Origin: an uncultured Ignavibacteria bacterium
Lineage (GTDB): Bacteria > Bacteroidota > Ignavibacteria > SZUA-365
Reading direction: 5' to 3'
Assembly (NCBI GenBank): GCA_913061095.1
Contig: CAJXVM010000022.1
Span: 7,845-71,844 of the forward strand
DNA length: 64,000 bases
The notes under the pieces are model-generated. The model was given only the letters and a program-made list of their open reading frames with translations. It ran no database searches and was not told the origin of the DNA. Position 1 is the stretch's first letter. Each line of letters opens with the position of its first letter. Shown one piece after another: positions 20,101 through 28,874 of this stretch. The position numbers and the translations under genes are program-made.

Positions 20101-20353
20101 ACAGCGCCCCAATCCATTCAGCACGCGCACGGTTATCGAATACGATCTCACCGCCGATGGGCGAGTGCGCCTGTCGTTGTTCGACCGGATGGGACGTGAA
20201 ATCGCGGTCCTCGTTGACGAACCGCAGACGGCCGGCGCGCATCGCAGCGTTCTCGAGGGCGCTCGCCTCGCACCGGGCATCTATTTTATCGTCCTGCGCA
20301 GTCACGGTCACACCGCCGTGGAGAAAATCATGCGCCTCGACGAACGACGCTGA
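14102..20353 (+). CDS. Giant T9SS-secreted surface protein: BNR-like β-propeller, about 12 Ig-like (ASH / choice-of-anchor-D-like) modules, cohesin-like domain, T9SS C-terminal sorting domain
   Basis: 2083 aa. Signal peptide, then BNR-like motifs (TTDNGTTWN, TSNGGANWT, TTNGGSSFT, TTNTGQNWN). About 12 modules of ~120 aa each begin with a DFGxV motif and end with PCxDT...L.G. A cohesin-like segment (FNRTMLYP) precedes a C-terminal T9SS sorting domain (NPFSTRTVIEYDL...GIYFIVLR). Confidence 0.85.
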   Translation: MRTVFRSTASLLIGLICSSVMFAQSTWEQQPTALPSNPTTFVQVGGLWGIAMTDTGTGFAAGYASVSNGFSGVLRKLPGNPTWFVLPASSFSGLAASHSLWSGVSAVGTHAWVCGSNGRLYRTTDNGTTWNAATTGMTGTNSLFDVFFKSQTEGMAVGDDGTMYYTSNGGANWTAQTLPGTVPATTRLYAVHSAGANWYVSGAAGTFMRGTPATSSTSWVDLSANLPALGDIEGVQFLDNLTGTVSGATVGGSAIYRTTNGGSSFTAIGSGLPTGQDYKTLHFFTSAHGWTGNSSGPLYETTNTGQNWNSRNTTTLPSQNLSGWLTRVDFPSAGIGYASGGAPGTSSLGWILRYDTPLVPDISSTPTSLDFGTVECDTTTTEQFTIENTGTANLTIASITFSAPEFTLASSLPTPIPPSGGATISVRWTPAQAGSIPPNTTMTIASNDPSNPTWTVDLSGTYNFGTFGIGTSYSFSDACVGDSSDVVVNVTVTGNLSPELISFQHVSGDDNVELSSPALGTTISGSTQLVFRFKPSSGGAMNGVYRLVYGNPSCPRSVDITFTGTAYNAALSLNPPIVDFGDVCAGEIKTLEVTVTNNGTTDGVISLRQFAGGKDAFPNMHPTPFGPIPPGQSRQYTVRFAPGTNDTGNIEGIYRLIVDPCKDTLMLTLRGRGVSPAVSFIPTTVLAIGPTGTGQIIDEPVQINNDGNSAVTITSITLNPPHPRLTLRNLPVLPLVLPAGQSTSVTVRFAPDRPEQITTKLCVHWSDPCADSSCLAVGATSGESPAIAVDTVHDVGIQRCATPLLDTLMVYNTGKGTLTLRGFSLGGANPAHFSVVSPSVPHAVNPGDSVAVVLSYDAPANGSSSAVLTIEHNDANAGLLTDVALTGERRTVRFAVEGDTTTAYVSCAHVGKTRTLSIRNQDPDPLEIRDISVIDGSDVFHVASTPLPASVPGGSALSFEVNFTPTGKGIFTGVLRITAGPCPDTYLVALRGEGNITELSFSPSPVDFGAVMIGSPATRTVRVGNTGSAPLRITGAFLQAGAIGMSILSPPAYPVTVGGGQFQEFTLRFDPASVQTVLSSFCVTVEAPCPDTLCVNVSGRGASTGVGLTRTSIEYQLDPCSADERCDSVRIVNNAGQNVEIRDVRIEPPGGFRIEMARTPPFTLNSGVSADVRICAIGDFTGSRTAGLVVESDDPNTPLLRMPLTARRDSSGFVLAEDSLDFGAIADCQIGVSRLVTLTNTGTLAEFIDTLRGSDAFLVTTNLPVAVQASGLTQVRITFDPPGYGVFTDTLYFTSARCGMRMPMIVRGAYHETNYSVSPDPLAFGDLAVGSSDTRNLTLENLHLPSVRIADVRIEPVGTAFASWGAYPKTVSAGNATDLPILFNPQVPGTHSATACIIIDLPCRDTICVDLTGGTSEALITADPDTLRFGDVAQCAELRDTVLIRNNGNDPVTLTAAQLSGADAALFLLVNPLTSPVTLAAQEGHAFVVQTVTVTAPADGAKQAELLVETDNSSQSELRIPVVMQRVTLQMPDDVVVDFGPVLVGGQYPRTLQFLNAGSQRIDFRTADLPIDLQLDTPLPLVVDPGMRGSIDIVFAPTAAGAYLDTLILRHIGQCEAEFRIIIRANVRESISADNLDFGVVPNCRSSRTVTSILNSLDEDVTIAAVRIEGSDASFFRILQPADFPVSIASGNTLTVEAELTPAVPSARIYTAEAVFTIPFGQETREFRIPMTGESSDIALTPATATDFGDITIESVSMPLTLTLRNEHPFPVRVTDISASPQEFAVGSVTPPLPADVAPGAALLVDVTFAPTQVGDVTGALTLVYSEPCEQTSDILLRGRGVDDRLRTGLRIEAHEGRVDDIIDVPILLTGSLGGADVRSWQGGIRFNRTMLYPLELIGEGTLSSDMSLEMTWDGAEGVLSISGSGGALQAGAGALSIVRFQVLVGDALNTALQIDPGFAFTSGRAMVESRTDGSFTLIDFCDADGVRLVRPQPVAKLTAQRPNPFSTRTVIEYDLTADGRVRLSLFDRMGREIAVLVDEPQTAGAHRSVLEGARLAPGIYFIVLRSHGHTAVEKIMRLDERR

Positions 20354-20460
20354 CAGAGCATGCGGCCATCGACGCTGCTGCGGCCATCGACGCTGCTGCG
20401 GCCATCGACGCTGCTGCAGACACCGACGCTGCTGCAGACACCGAGGCCCTCGGAGGCGGA
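20348..20460. repeat. Tandem 21-bp repeats (3 + 2 copies) directly downstream of the giant gene
   Basis: gcggccatcgacgctgctgcg x3, then gcagacaccgacgctgct x2. Confidence 0.7.
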
Positions 20461-20568
20461 TTCATCCCCTGCCGTCATGGTCCCGCATCGAAACGGAGAT
20501 CCTGAACGGCTTCCGTTCATATGTGAATTTTCTGTACATTTCGTTTTTCCAACCCGCACGGTTGAGTT

Positions 20569-22602
20569 ATGCAAGTATCAAAGCTGATCCTCCCTCTTCT
20601 CCTTCTGCTCCCGCTCTGGCACGCTGCGGCGCAGGATGAGGATCCGGATCCACGCGAGGTCATGCGTATCGGCATCTTCGCCGGACCACAGTTCAATTTC
20701 CACAGCGGCACGTATGACGCCCTCGATCAGGAGGCTGTCTGCGGAACCTGCACATTCGAAAACGGCGACGTCATGAAGTTCCGTTTCGAGGCGCTTGTGG
20801 AAATCCCCCTTTCACCGAAATTCATGCTCAGCGGCCGACTCGGCTACTACGACTTTTCCGGGCAGTTCGAGCGTGACAGTTATTATGTCGGGAAGGTGGC
20901 GCAGCAGAGTGGTCCGCCCGTGGACATGATAGTCGATCATACGTTCGACAACAGTCTCTCCTACCTTACGGTAACGCCCGGCGTGCTGTATTTCCCGATC
21001 GAGCAGCCCTTGCATCTGAATCTCGGCCTCGGACTGGCCTTCCCCCTGAGCAAGGAGTACACGCTTCGAGAGGTTCTTGTGCAGCCGGCGGATGTGCAAT
21101 TTGCCGACGGCACGCGCGATCACATCACGCGGGACGAGGAAATCCAGGAAATCAGCGGTTTCCGTCTTGCGCTCGATGCAGGGATCGGGTATGACATCCC
21201 GCTGACGCGCAATCTCCTGCTGACCCCCGCGCTGGCATACAGCCTGCCGCTGACAAATGTGACCGGCCGCGGGGACTGGACGGCGTCCGGACTCGCCGTC
21301 GGCGCGGGACTGCGATGGGCCATGCTTCCGCCGCTCAAGGAGGCTCCCCCGCCACCGCCGCCGCCGCCACCGCCGCCGCCACCGCCGCCGCCGGAGGAGA
21401 AGATTCTGCCGGTGACAGCATCGCTCAATGTCAGCGGTCTTGATACCGAGGGAGGCATCACACCGGCGGACGCCATTACCGTCGAGGAGATCCGCACGGT
21501 TGAGCGCTATCCTCTGCTGACGTATGTCTTCTTCTCTGAGGACGACGCGGATACTCCGCTGCGGCAGAACCTGCTCTCGGCACAGCAGGCCGCCGGCTTC
21601 ACGGTTGATGACGCAAAAGGACAGGAACTCGATATCTATCACAACATGCTCAACGTCATCGGACGCAGGCTGAAGGATACACCGAATGCCCGCATCACAC
21701 TGACCGGCACGAACGCCGACGTCGGTATGGAGGAGGGCGCCGTCGAGCTGTCCCGCACCCGTGCGCAGACAGTGAAGCAGTATTTCACCGATGTCTGGGG
21801 AATTGACGAAGGCCGCATTACCGTGCGTGCGCGCAATCTCCCCGTCGATCCTTCGGCCGTGGACGACGAACGCGGGCGCGAGGAAAACCGCCGTGTCGAA
21901 ATCACATCGACCAATGAAGATATCGTCGGACCGATTCGCCGTGATGAGCTGGAGTACAACGCCTCTCTCGCCGGCCTTGTCATCGAACCCGATGTCGATG
22001 CGCCGAACGGCATCGAACGCTGGTCGCTGGAGGTTGCGCAGAACGGACAGATGCTCTACGCGAAGGAGAACTCCCGCACCGCGCCGGCTGCGCGTTACAC
22101 CTGGGAATTCTCCGGTGACGTGTTCGCGCGGACCAATGCGCCGCTGAACATCAGCCTATCTGTCCGCGATGGCAAGGATCAGGAGGCCGCCGCGCAGGAG
22201 ACGATCCGCATGAACACGCTCACGCTCGAACGCAAGCGCGAGGAGCGCATCGGCGATGTACGCATCAACCGGAGCAAGCTGATCCTTTTCGACTTCGACA
22301 AGGCAACCGTATCCGACCGCAACCGCGCGATTATCGAGGAGGTCTCAGAGAGCATCACGCCGAATTCCAGCGTCTCCATCGTCGGCTACACCGATGCGCT
22401 AGGTGACCCCGAGTACAACGTGCGTCTTTCGCAGCAGCGCGCTGAATCCGTACGCCGCGCGTTCGGCCGCACGCTCAACGACGTGGAGGTCACGACACAG
22501 GGTGTCGGCAGCACGCAGCTCCTCTTCCCCAACGACACACCGGAAGGACGCTTCTACTGCCGCATGGTGCAGGTGATCATCGAAACACCCGTGACGGAAT
22601 AA
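20569..22602 (+). CDS. OmpA-family outer-membrane protein with an N-terminal β-barrel, poly-proline linker and two OmpA-like peptidoglycan-binding domains
   Basis: 677 aa. Signal peptide MQVSKLILPLLLLLPLWHAAAQ, a (P)16 linker, and two OmpA C-like blocks (TGTNADVG...RTRAQTVKQYF...NRRVEI and SIVGYTDALGDPEYNVRLSQQRAESV). Confidence 0.8.
   Translation: MQVSKLILPLLLLLPLWHAAAQDEDPDPREVMRIGIFAGPQFNFHSGTYDALDQEAVCGTCTFENGDVMKFRFEALVEIPLSPKFMLSGRLGYYDFSGQFERDSYYVGKVAQQSGPPVDMIVDHTFDNSLSYLTVTPGVLYFPIEQPLHLNLGLGLAFPLSKEYTLREVLVQPADVQFADGTRDHITRDEEIQEISGFRLALDAGIGYDIPLTRNLLLTPALAYSLPLTNVTGRGDWTASGLAVGAGLRWAMLPPLKEAPPPPPPPPPPPPPPPPEEKILPVTASLNVSGLDTEGGITPADAITVEEIRTVERYPLLTYVFFSEDDADTPLRQNLLSAQQAAGFTVDDAKGQELDIYHNMLNVIGRRLKDTPNARITLTGTNADVGMEEGAVELSRTRAQTVKQYFTDVWGIDEGRITVRARNLPVDPSAVDDERGREENRRVEITSTNEDIVGPIRRDELEYNASLAGLVIEPDVDAPNGIERWSLEVAQNGQMLYAKENSRTAPAARYTWEFSGDVFARTNAPLNISLSVRDGKDQEAAAQETIRMNTLTLERKREERIGDVRINRSKLILFDFDKATVSDRNRAIIEEVSESITPNSSVSIVGYTDALGDPEYNVRLSQQRAESVRRAFGRTLNDVEVTTQGVGSTQLLFPNDTPEGRFYCRMVQVIIETPVTE
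21345..21400 (+). repeat. CCG/CCA microsatellite encoding 16 consecutive prolines
   Basis: ccgccaccgccgccgccgccaccgccgccgccaccgccgccgccg, in frame within the OmpA-family gene. Confidence 0.8.
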
Positions 22603-22630
22603 TCCCGACGGCAGAAGCGCTGTCATCTTC

Positions 22631-22670
22631 GGGGCTGTTCTGAGATCCATTCAGGACAGCCCCATTGTTT
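22631..22670 (+). terminator. Rho-independent terminator after the OmpA-family gene
   Basis: GGGGCTGTTCTGA ... TCAGGACAGCCCC stem-loop followed by ATTGTTT. Confidence 0.55.
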
Positions 22671-22720
22671 ACCGTCCGAATTGGGTTGAATGAACTGCAC
22701 TTTTTCTCTATTATGCGTCG

Positions 22721-25700
22721 TTGCACAAATCTATTCCGAGGAAACGTTGTATGGCACGCCTCGTCCCTCCTGTATTATCCTTTCTATTCGTTCTGACCCT
22801 CATCGCTCCCTCGCATGCACAGACCGGCAAATGGCAGGAAATGAGCATGTCTGGCAAGGTCTCGCACATCCTCGACATGGATATGGCGGATGAAAACTTC
22901 GGCATCATGGTCACCGAGCCGGATATCGCAAATGATCTGTCCGGTATCATGTTCACCACGAACGCCTGGAACAGCTTCTCGGTTGTGACGGCAGATTCAC
23001 CGATTTTCGTACCGAGCCTGCCCGACTGGGCGCGTTTCCGGGCGGTCGACGTCCTGAACACCAACCGCGCCTACATCGTCGGCGACAGCGCGCTCGCATA
23101 TGAGACATGGGACGGCGGAAGGACGTGGCATCAGATGGTCGTGGAATGGGATACAACTCTGTACCAGACACCTCCGACGTTTCACGACGTGCATTTCATC
23201 CACGCGCTTGAGGGTATCATCGTTGGAGGCGACGGCTTCGAGGCAAATCAGACAGGAGGAGAATTCCATTTCGCCGACGTGTACGTCACAACGACAGCGG
23301 GATTCACATGGGACGAGATGAAGGTGCCCTCACAATACCTTCTCGCAGGGATCGGTGCCCTGCTTACCGTGGATTACGCTGGAGGGAAATATATCATGGG
23401 AGGGGAATACGGACTGCTGCTGGAATTTGACGGCGCGGGAAACTTCACACCGATATACCCGGTCAGCAAATCGCTCATCAGTAATTATTTCTTCACCGAT
23501 ATTTCCATGGCATCGGCGACGGATGTCTACATCGTCGGACAGAACGCGACATCGCAGGCACCGGTCGCGTACAAATCCATCCTCAACGGTTCGCGATATG
23601 TCAACATGGTACCCGGAAGTCTCCCGTTCGGCGTCGACGGCATGTGGCAGGTGGATTTCCTCACACCCGACCGAGGCATGATCGGTGCGGGGATGCATTA
23701 CATCGGTGTCACCGCCGACGGCGGCTACAATATCACGCCACACTCGGTCGGAATCAATCCTCCGCGGACACCTATGACCGCGCTGAAGATGGTCGGTCCG
23801 CAGAAAGGATTCGCCTGCGGCGGAGATACAGCCGCAAACGTCGGCTGGGTGATTGAATTTTTCGGCGTACCTCCCGAGGCCGATATCTCAACGACGGATA
23901 CGAAAATCACTTTCCCGACCATCAGCTGTGAGCGTTCCGTCGATGGAGGCATGTGGCTGCGCAGCAGCGGTTCCGGGGAGCTGCAGATAACCAAAAACGA
24001 CATCACGTTTTCACCGCCGGAATATGAGATCGTCAACGACCACATCTTCCCGCTCAACATGAGACCGGGTGTGGACATAGAGCTGATCGTGCGCTGGACA
24101 CCGTCACAGAGTTATTCCGGCACGCAGGTGGGAACGATGACCATCCGCAACAACGATCCGGACAACAACCCATGGACGGTGCAGCTTGAGGGGACGCGCA
24201 ACCATGGGTCGCTGGATTTCCTCAGTGAAATGTTCCTCTCCTACGGCACCTGCCTGAAGGATACAATGGAATACCAGATCCCGGTAATGGCCACGGGCAA
24301 TCAGGATCCGCAATTCATCGGGATGGAATTCGTTTCGGGTGATGATGACTTCGACCTCCTCGAGCCGGCGCCCGGAACGCTGGTGCAGGGAGCGGAGACA
24401 TTCACGTTCATCTTTGCGCCGCAGGATAGTGCGCTGCGCCGCGGTGTGTATCGCTTCATTCACGGAGATCCGTCATGTCCCGACACCACAAACGTGGCGC
24501 TCAGTGGGATCGGCCATCTCTCCGTCATCGCCGCATCATCCGATACCATCGATTTCGGGGAGATCTGCCACGGCGAGGTGAAGGACACAACCATTACACT
24601 GCAGAATTTCGGAAACACTTTCGCTTCCGTCTCGGGATTGGAGCGATCAAGCGGCGACCCGGGATTCTCGACGACGATATACGGCATGATCCTTCGACAG
24701 GACAGCAGTAAAACCTACACGCTTCGCTTCAACCCACTCAGTGCCGGAGACTTCGAGGGCACTTACGTCCTTCGTTACGGTCCGTGCCAGGACTCGCTCG
24801 TGTTCCACTTCACGGGCAAAGCACTCGAAACAACCGTTGAGTTCGATCCGAAGAGCCCGGTGCGCATCGGACCGATATTCGCAAACCGCACGGCCGGACA
24901 GACGATCACGATCACCAATTCCGGTGATACGCCGGCGCGTCTGACGTCGCTTGGCTTCAGCAAGCTGCTGCCGCCGCTGCAGATCGTCAATCGTCCCGCA
25001 CTGCCCATGACGCTTCTGCCGAGTCAGAGTACATCTGTGACGCTGCGCTTCGCGCCCGTCGACATCGGTGAGTACAATACATCGATCCTGTTGGAATGGG
25101 ATGCCCGCTGTCCCGACAGCGCCGAAGTGGAAATCAACGCCATCTGCATTCCCAATCCACAGATCGATCCCCCCGCTTCGGCGGATCTGGGAACACAGCG
25201 CTGTCCCACCCCGTTGCGAGATACGGTCATAATCCGCAACAGGGGAAACGGTCCGCTGGTCTTCTACAGCATATCCGTCAGCGGTCCCGACCGCGATCAT
25301 TTCCGCGTGATCTCACCGGTCATTGACGACACTGCCGCACCGGCGAGCGATTTTCCGATGATTGTCGAATTTGACCGTGACACGGAAGGACGCAGTCACG
25401 CCATCGTGCGACTGACGCACAATGACAAGGATGCCGGGCTCACCGACATCGACGTGACGGCCAACCGGACGATCGCGGAATACATTGTCGAGGGGGATTC
25501 CACGACGGCGTTCTTCACACGCCTGTTCGTAGCGGAGAACCGTTCATTCGTGATCCGGAACAACAGTAACGAGGATGTGACGATCACGGATCTTACCGTG
25601 GTGAACGACGCCTCCGTATTCAGCGTGCAGCCGCTGCAGCCGCTGCCTGTACTGCTGAAACCGAATCAAACACTTGGTTTTGATGTCACATTCACACCGA

Positions 25701-28700
25701 ACGCGCGCGGTCCCTTCCGCGGCATCGTGCAGATTATCAGTGATCCGTGCGATCTTCATTACGCGCTCGGGATCGACGGCACAGGCGACACTGACGGACT
25801 CAGTCCCGACCGGGGTGACATCACCTTCGCATTGGATCCATGCACATTCACGCCGGCCTGCGAACCCATCGTCCTGAAGAACCAGGGACTTGAACCCGTG
25901 GAAGTCACCGGCCTGAGCATCACGCCGGGAAGCAGCGTCTTCACGCTTGATCCCCCGGTGATAACGCCGTTTTCCATGAATCCGAACGAGGAGCGCACGA
26001 TCCGCGTTTGCGCATCGCCGTCACTGCTGGGCACTGAAAACGCATCCCTGGTGATTACGAGTGATGATCCCGCGTATCCGAGTCTTTCGGTCGCCCTGCA
26101 TGCGTCACGCGATTCCATCGGCTTTGCGCTGTCGACCCAGGATGTCGATTTCGGGCAGCTGGCGGACTGCGACGACGTTCAGCCGCAGAATGTCATCGTG
26201 ACCAACACCGGCACGGGCGCGGAAACGCTGGACATTTCTTTTGCAGACGGCACGGCGTTCTCCGCGACCGCCACGGGCAGCATTACAATTCCGCCCGGCA
26301 AGAACAGCGGCTTCTTTGTGGAGTTTACGCGACCGGGTTATGGCGTGTTTAACGATGTGCTGATCCTGACGTCACAGACCTGCGGCACGGAATACCGCAT
26401 CACGCTTCATGCCGAAGCCGTGGAGCAGATCTATACGGCCGCGCCTGATCCGCTTACCTTCCCGACGGTCAACGTCGGAGGGGCGAGCACACGTACATTC
26501 AGCCTTCAGAACGCAGGCGGCCTCGATGCCGTCATCGCATCAGTCGACATTGTTCCAACCGGAACGTTTTCACTGCAGTCCGGCTGGCCGTCGCAGATTG
26601 ACGCGGGCAGCGGCGGCAGCTTCGACATCCGCTTCAATCCGCAGTCAGAAGGCACGTTTACCGCAACGGCCTGTGTGATCATCACTGCACCCTGTCCGGA
26701 TACGGTGTGTATCGAGCTCAGCGGTGACGGTGTCCAGGGCACGCTCGAGGTGCAGCCTCCACTCCTCAGCTTCGGGACGCGAGCCCAGTGCCAGATGCTG
26801 ACACTGTACGACACCCTGTCGAATACAGGCACTGGACCGATCACTATTCTCTCGGCCGACATCACCGGAACGAACGCACCTGCGTTTACCAACCTGACGC
26901 CGGTCACGAATGATGAAACCATCGATGCCGGAAACAGCCGGATATTCGAAATCCGATTCGATCCCGCTATCGCTACCGGGGACGGTCCGGTCATCGCTGC
27001 ACTGACGATCAACACCGACGACATCGTACTCCCCACGTTCGACATCCCCCTGGAGGCGACACGTGTCACACTGCTGCCAGCCGCCGGCGGCACTATCGAT
27101 TTCGGCCCGGTGGAAGTCGGCAATCCCGAATCCCGCACGGTTACCTTCCGCAACGACGGCAGTGTACCGCTGTGCTATACGACAGCAAGCCTTCCCACTG
27201 GTATCACGATGACTCCCACACCCCCGTTCTGTATTGATCCCGGCACGACGGAAGACGTCACGCTCACCTATACAGCCACTGCAGCAGGGAGCTTCGGTGA
27301 TATGGCCGCGCTGTATGTCGAGTCTCCGTGCGCGGATTCGACGCGCTTCCTGCTGCGTGCAGACGCGCAGGAGGGCACACTGACACAGCCGGATACACTG
27401 GATCTTGGCACCCTCGCGTGGTGTGACGCGCAGACGGTGGATTTCAGCATCGTGAGCAGTTATCTGCAGGACATCATGATCGAGTCGATGCGCATGGAGG
27501 GTCCCGACGCGTCCTTCTTCAGCATCACATTCCCGGATCCCTCCTCGCTCCCGGCCGTTCTCGGCGCCGGCAGCTCACAGGATGTGAGCATTCAGTTTAC
27601 GCCGGACGAGCAGACACGGCGCTTTACCGCGACATTTATCTCTGCATTCACCGCGTTCGGCAGCTCGATCGAACGGCGCACCGTCATCATTGCCAACGTG
27701 ATCGTTCCCGCCCTGATTGTCGGGAACGCCACGTTCCCCACCACGGTCATCGGGCAGTCCGGCGGCACACAGACGATTCAGGTTGAAAACACGAGCGGGA
27801 TTCCCGTTTCCGTGAGCAGCATTACTGCGTCGCTTCCTGATTTCGTCATCAACACCATGACCCCCGCTCCACCCGCGACCCTGCAGCCGGGACAGACGAT
27901 CGACGTCGTGGTGGAATTCCTGCCGACGACAGCAGGGACACTGTCAGCAGACCTGCTGGTCAGCTCCGATGCTCCCTGCCCGTTCAGCATCACCGGCATC
28001 CTCGAGGGCGAGGCCATCCCGCAGCCGATCGTGGACGTGACTCTCAGCGTTGCGGATATCCAGGCCGAGGTCGACCAGACGGTCGATATCGCGGTGCTGG
28101 TGGACCAGGATCTCGGTCCGGCAGAAGTCACACAGTGGTCCGGCAGCCTGAGCTTCAACCGCACGATGCTCTATCCGACGGAAGTCATGACAGAAGCCAC
28201 GCTTTCATCCGCCATGACCGTTGATATGCAGTACGACAACGCTACCGGAACCGTTTCTCTCGAGGGCAGCGGTGCCCGTGTTTCCGGCAGCAGTGACGTC
28301 CTTGTGATCGTGCGCTGCCTGGTACTCGTTGGAAACGACCTTACAACACCGATTACGATTTCCGAAGATTTCTCATTCGATGATGGGTACGCGCGTGTGG
28401 TATCTCGGCAGAACGGCAGTTTCGACCTTGTCAACTACTGTCTGCCGGGCGACCGGCTCGTAAGCGAGCGTCCGGGCTTCGTGCTCGATCAGAATCGCCC
28501 GAATCCCGTCTCGCAGGGCAGGCGTCCACTGACGACGATTTCCTATGCACTTCCCGAGGAGACCGCCGTGACGCTCGACCTCTATGACATGATCGGCCGT
28601 CACGTTCGCCGTATCGATGAGGGCGTCCGTCCCGCGGGACTGCACACGGTAAACCTCTCGGTCAGCGGTATCGAGCCCGGCTCCTACGTGTACGTGCTGC

Positions 28701-28747
28701 GCAGCGCGGAGCAGGCAGCCGTGCGGCGGATGGTCATCGTGCGGTAA
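22721..28747 (+). CDS. Second giant T9SS-secreted surface protein, paralog of 14102..20353
   Basis: 2008 aa with the same architecture. BNR-like N-terminal propeller (WDGGRTWH, SDGGYNIT), modules ending in PCxDS/T, a cohesin-like segment with the conserved FNRTMLYP, and a T9SS sorting domain (NRPNPVSQG...GSYVYVLRS). About 35-40% identity to the first copy by eye. Confidence 0.85.
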   Translation: MHKSIPRKRCMARLVPPVLSFLFVLTLIAPSHAQTGKWQEMSMSGKVSHILDMDMADENFGIMVTEPDIANDLSGIMFTTNAWNSFSVVTADSPIFVPSLPDWARFRAVDVLNTNRAYIVGDSALAYETWDGGRTWHQMVVEWDTTLYQTPPTFHDVHFIHALEGIIVGGDGFEANQTGGEFHFADVYVTTTAGFTWDEMKVPSQYLLAGIGALLTVDYAGGKYIMGGEYGLLLEFDGAGNFTPIYPVSKSLISNYFFTDISMASATDVYIVGQNATSQAPVAYKSILNGSRYVNMVPGSLPFGVDGMWQVDFLTPDRGMIGAGMHYIGVTADGGYNITPHSVGINPPRTPMTALKMVGPQKGFACGGDTAANVGWVIEFFGVPPEADISTTDTKITFPTISCERSVDGGMWLRSSGSGELQITKNDITFSPPEYEIVNDHIFPLNMRPGVDIELIVRWTPSQSYSGTQVGTMTIRNNDPDNNPWTVQLEGTRNHGSLDFLSEMFLSYGTCLKDTMEYQIPVMATGNQDPQFIGMEFVSGDDDFDLLEPAPGTLVQGAETFTFIFAPQDSALRRGVYRFIHGDPSCPDTTNVALSGIGHLSVIAASSDTIDFGEICHGEVKDTTITLQNFGNTFASVSGLERSSGDPGFSTTIYGMILRQDSSKTYTLRFNPLSAGDFEGTYVLRYGPCQDSLVFHFTGKALETTVEFDPKSPVRIGPIFANRTAGQTITITNSGDTPARLTSLGFSKLLPPLQIVNRPALPMTLLPSQSTSVTLRFAPVDIGEYNTSILLEWDARCPDSAEVEINAICIPNPQIDPPASADLGTQRCPTPLRDTVIIRNRGNGPLVFYSISVSGPDRDHFRVISPVIDDTAAPASDFPMIVEFDRDTEGRSHAIVRLTHNDKDAGLTDIDVTANRTIAEYIVEGDSTTAFFTRLFVAENRSFVIRNNSNEDVTITDLTVVNDASVFSVQPLQPLPVLLKPNQTLGFDVTFTPNARGPFRGIVQIISDPCDLHYALGIDGTGDTDGLSPDRGDITFALDPCTFTPACEPIVLKNQGLEPVEVTGLSITPGSSVFTLDPPVITPFSMNPNEERTIRVCASPSLLGTENASLVITSDDPAYPSLSVALHASRDSIGFALSTQDVDFGQLADCDDVQPQNVIVTNTGTGAETLDISFADGTAFSATATGSITIPPGKNSGFFVEFTRPGYGVFNDVLILTSQTCGTEYRITLHAEAVEQIYTAAPDPLTFPTVNVGGASTRTFSLQNAGGLDAVIASVDIVPTGTFSLQSGWPSQIDAGSGGSFDIRFNPQSEGTFTATACVIITAPCPDTVCIELSGDGVQGTLEVQPPLLSFGTRAQCQMLTLYDTLSNTGTGPITILSADITGTNAPAFTNLTPVTNDETIDAGNSRIFEIRFDPAIATGDGPVIAALTINTDDIVLPTFDIPLEATRVTLLPAAGGTIDFGPVEVGNPESRTVTFRNDGSVPLCYTTASLPTGITMTPTPPFCIDPGTTEDVTLTYTATAAGSFGDMAALYVESPCADSTRFLLRADAQEGTLTQPDTLDLGTLAWCDAQTVDFSIVSSYLQDIMIESMRMEGPDASFFSITFPDPSSLPAVLGAGSSQDVSIQFTPDEQTRRFTATFISAFTAFGSSIERRTVIIANVIVPALIVGNATFPTTVIGQSGGTQTIQVENTSGIPVSVSSITASLPDFVINTMTPAPPATLQPGQTIDVVVEFLPTTAGTLSADLLVSSDAPCPFSITGILEGEAIPQPIVDVTLSVADIQAEVDQTVDIAVLVDQDLGPAEVTQWSGSLSFNRTMLYPTEVMTEATLSSAMTVDMQYDNATGTVSLEGSGARVSGSSDVLVIVRCLVLVGNDLTTPITISEDFSFDDGYARVVSRQNGSFDLVNYCLPGDRLVSERPGFVLDQNRPNPVSQGRRPLTTISYALPEETAVTLDLYDMIGRHVRRIDEGVRPAGLHTVNLSVSGIEPGSYVYVLRSAEQAAVRRMVIVR

Positions 28748-28812
28748 CATTCAGAAACAATCGCGCCTCATGGAATTCATCCATGCGGCCGTCCTGAAAA
28801 GCAGAACACATG

Positions 28813-28852
28813 AAAACGGTCATGCTTCACCAGTCGCAGCATGACCGTTTTA
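28813..28852. terminator. Bidirectional rho-independent terminator between the convergent giant gene and rsmI
   Basis: Perfect 13-bp stem AAAACGGTCATGC / GCATGACCGTTTT with T-runs on both strands. Confidence 0.6.
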
Positions 28853-28874
28853 CTTACAGTCACCCTTTATTTTC

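Noticed and set aside
20360-20587. 75-aa ORF encoding PSTLLR repeats
   Set aside because: Produced by in-frame reading of the 21-bp tandem repeat; it lies in the spacer upstream of the OmpA gene with no ribosome-binding site.
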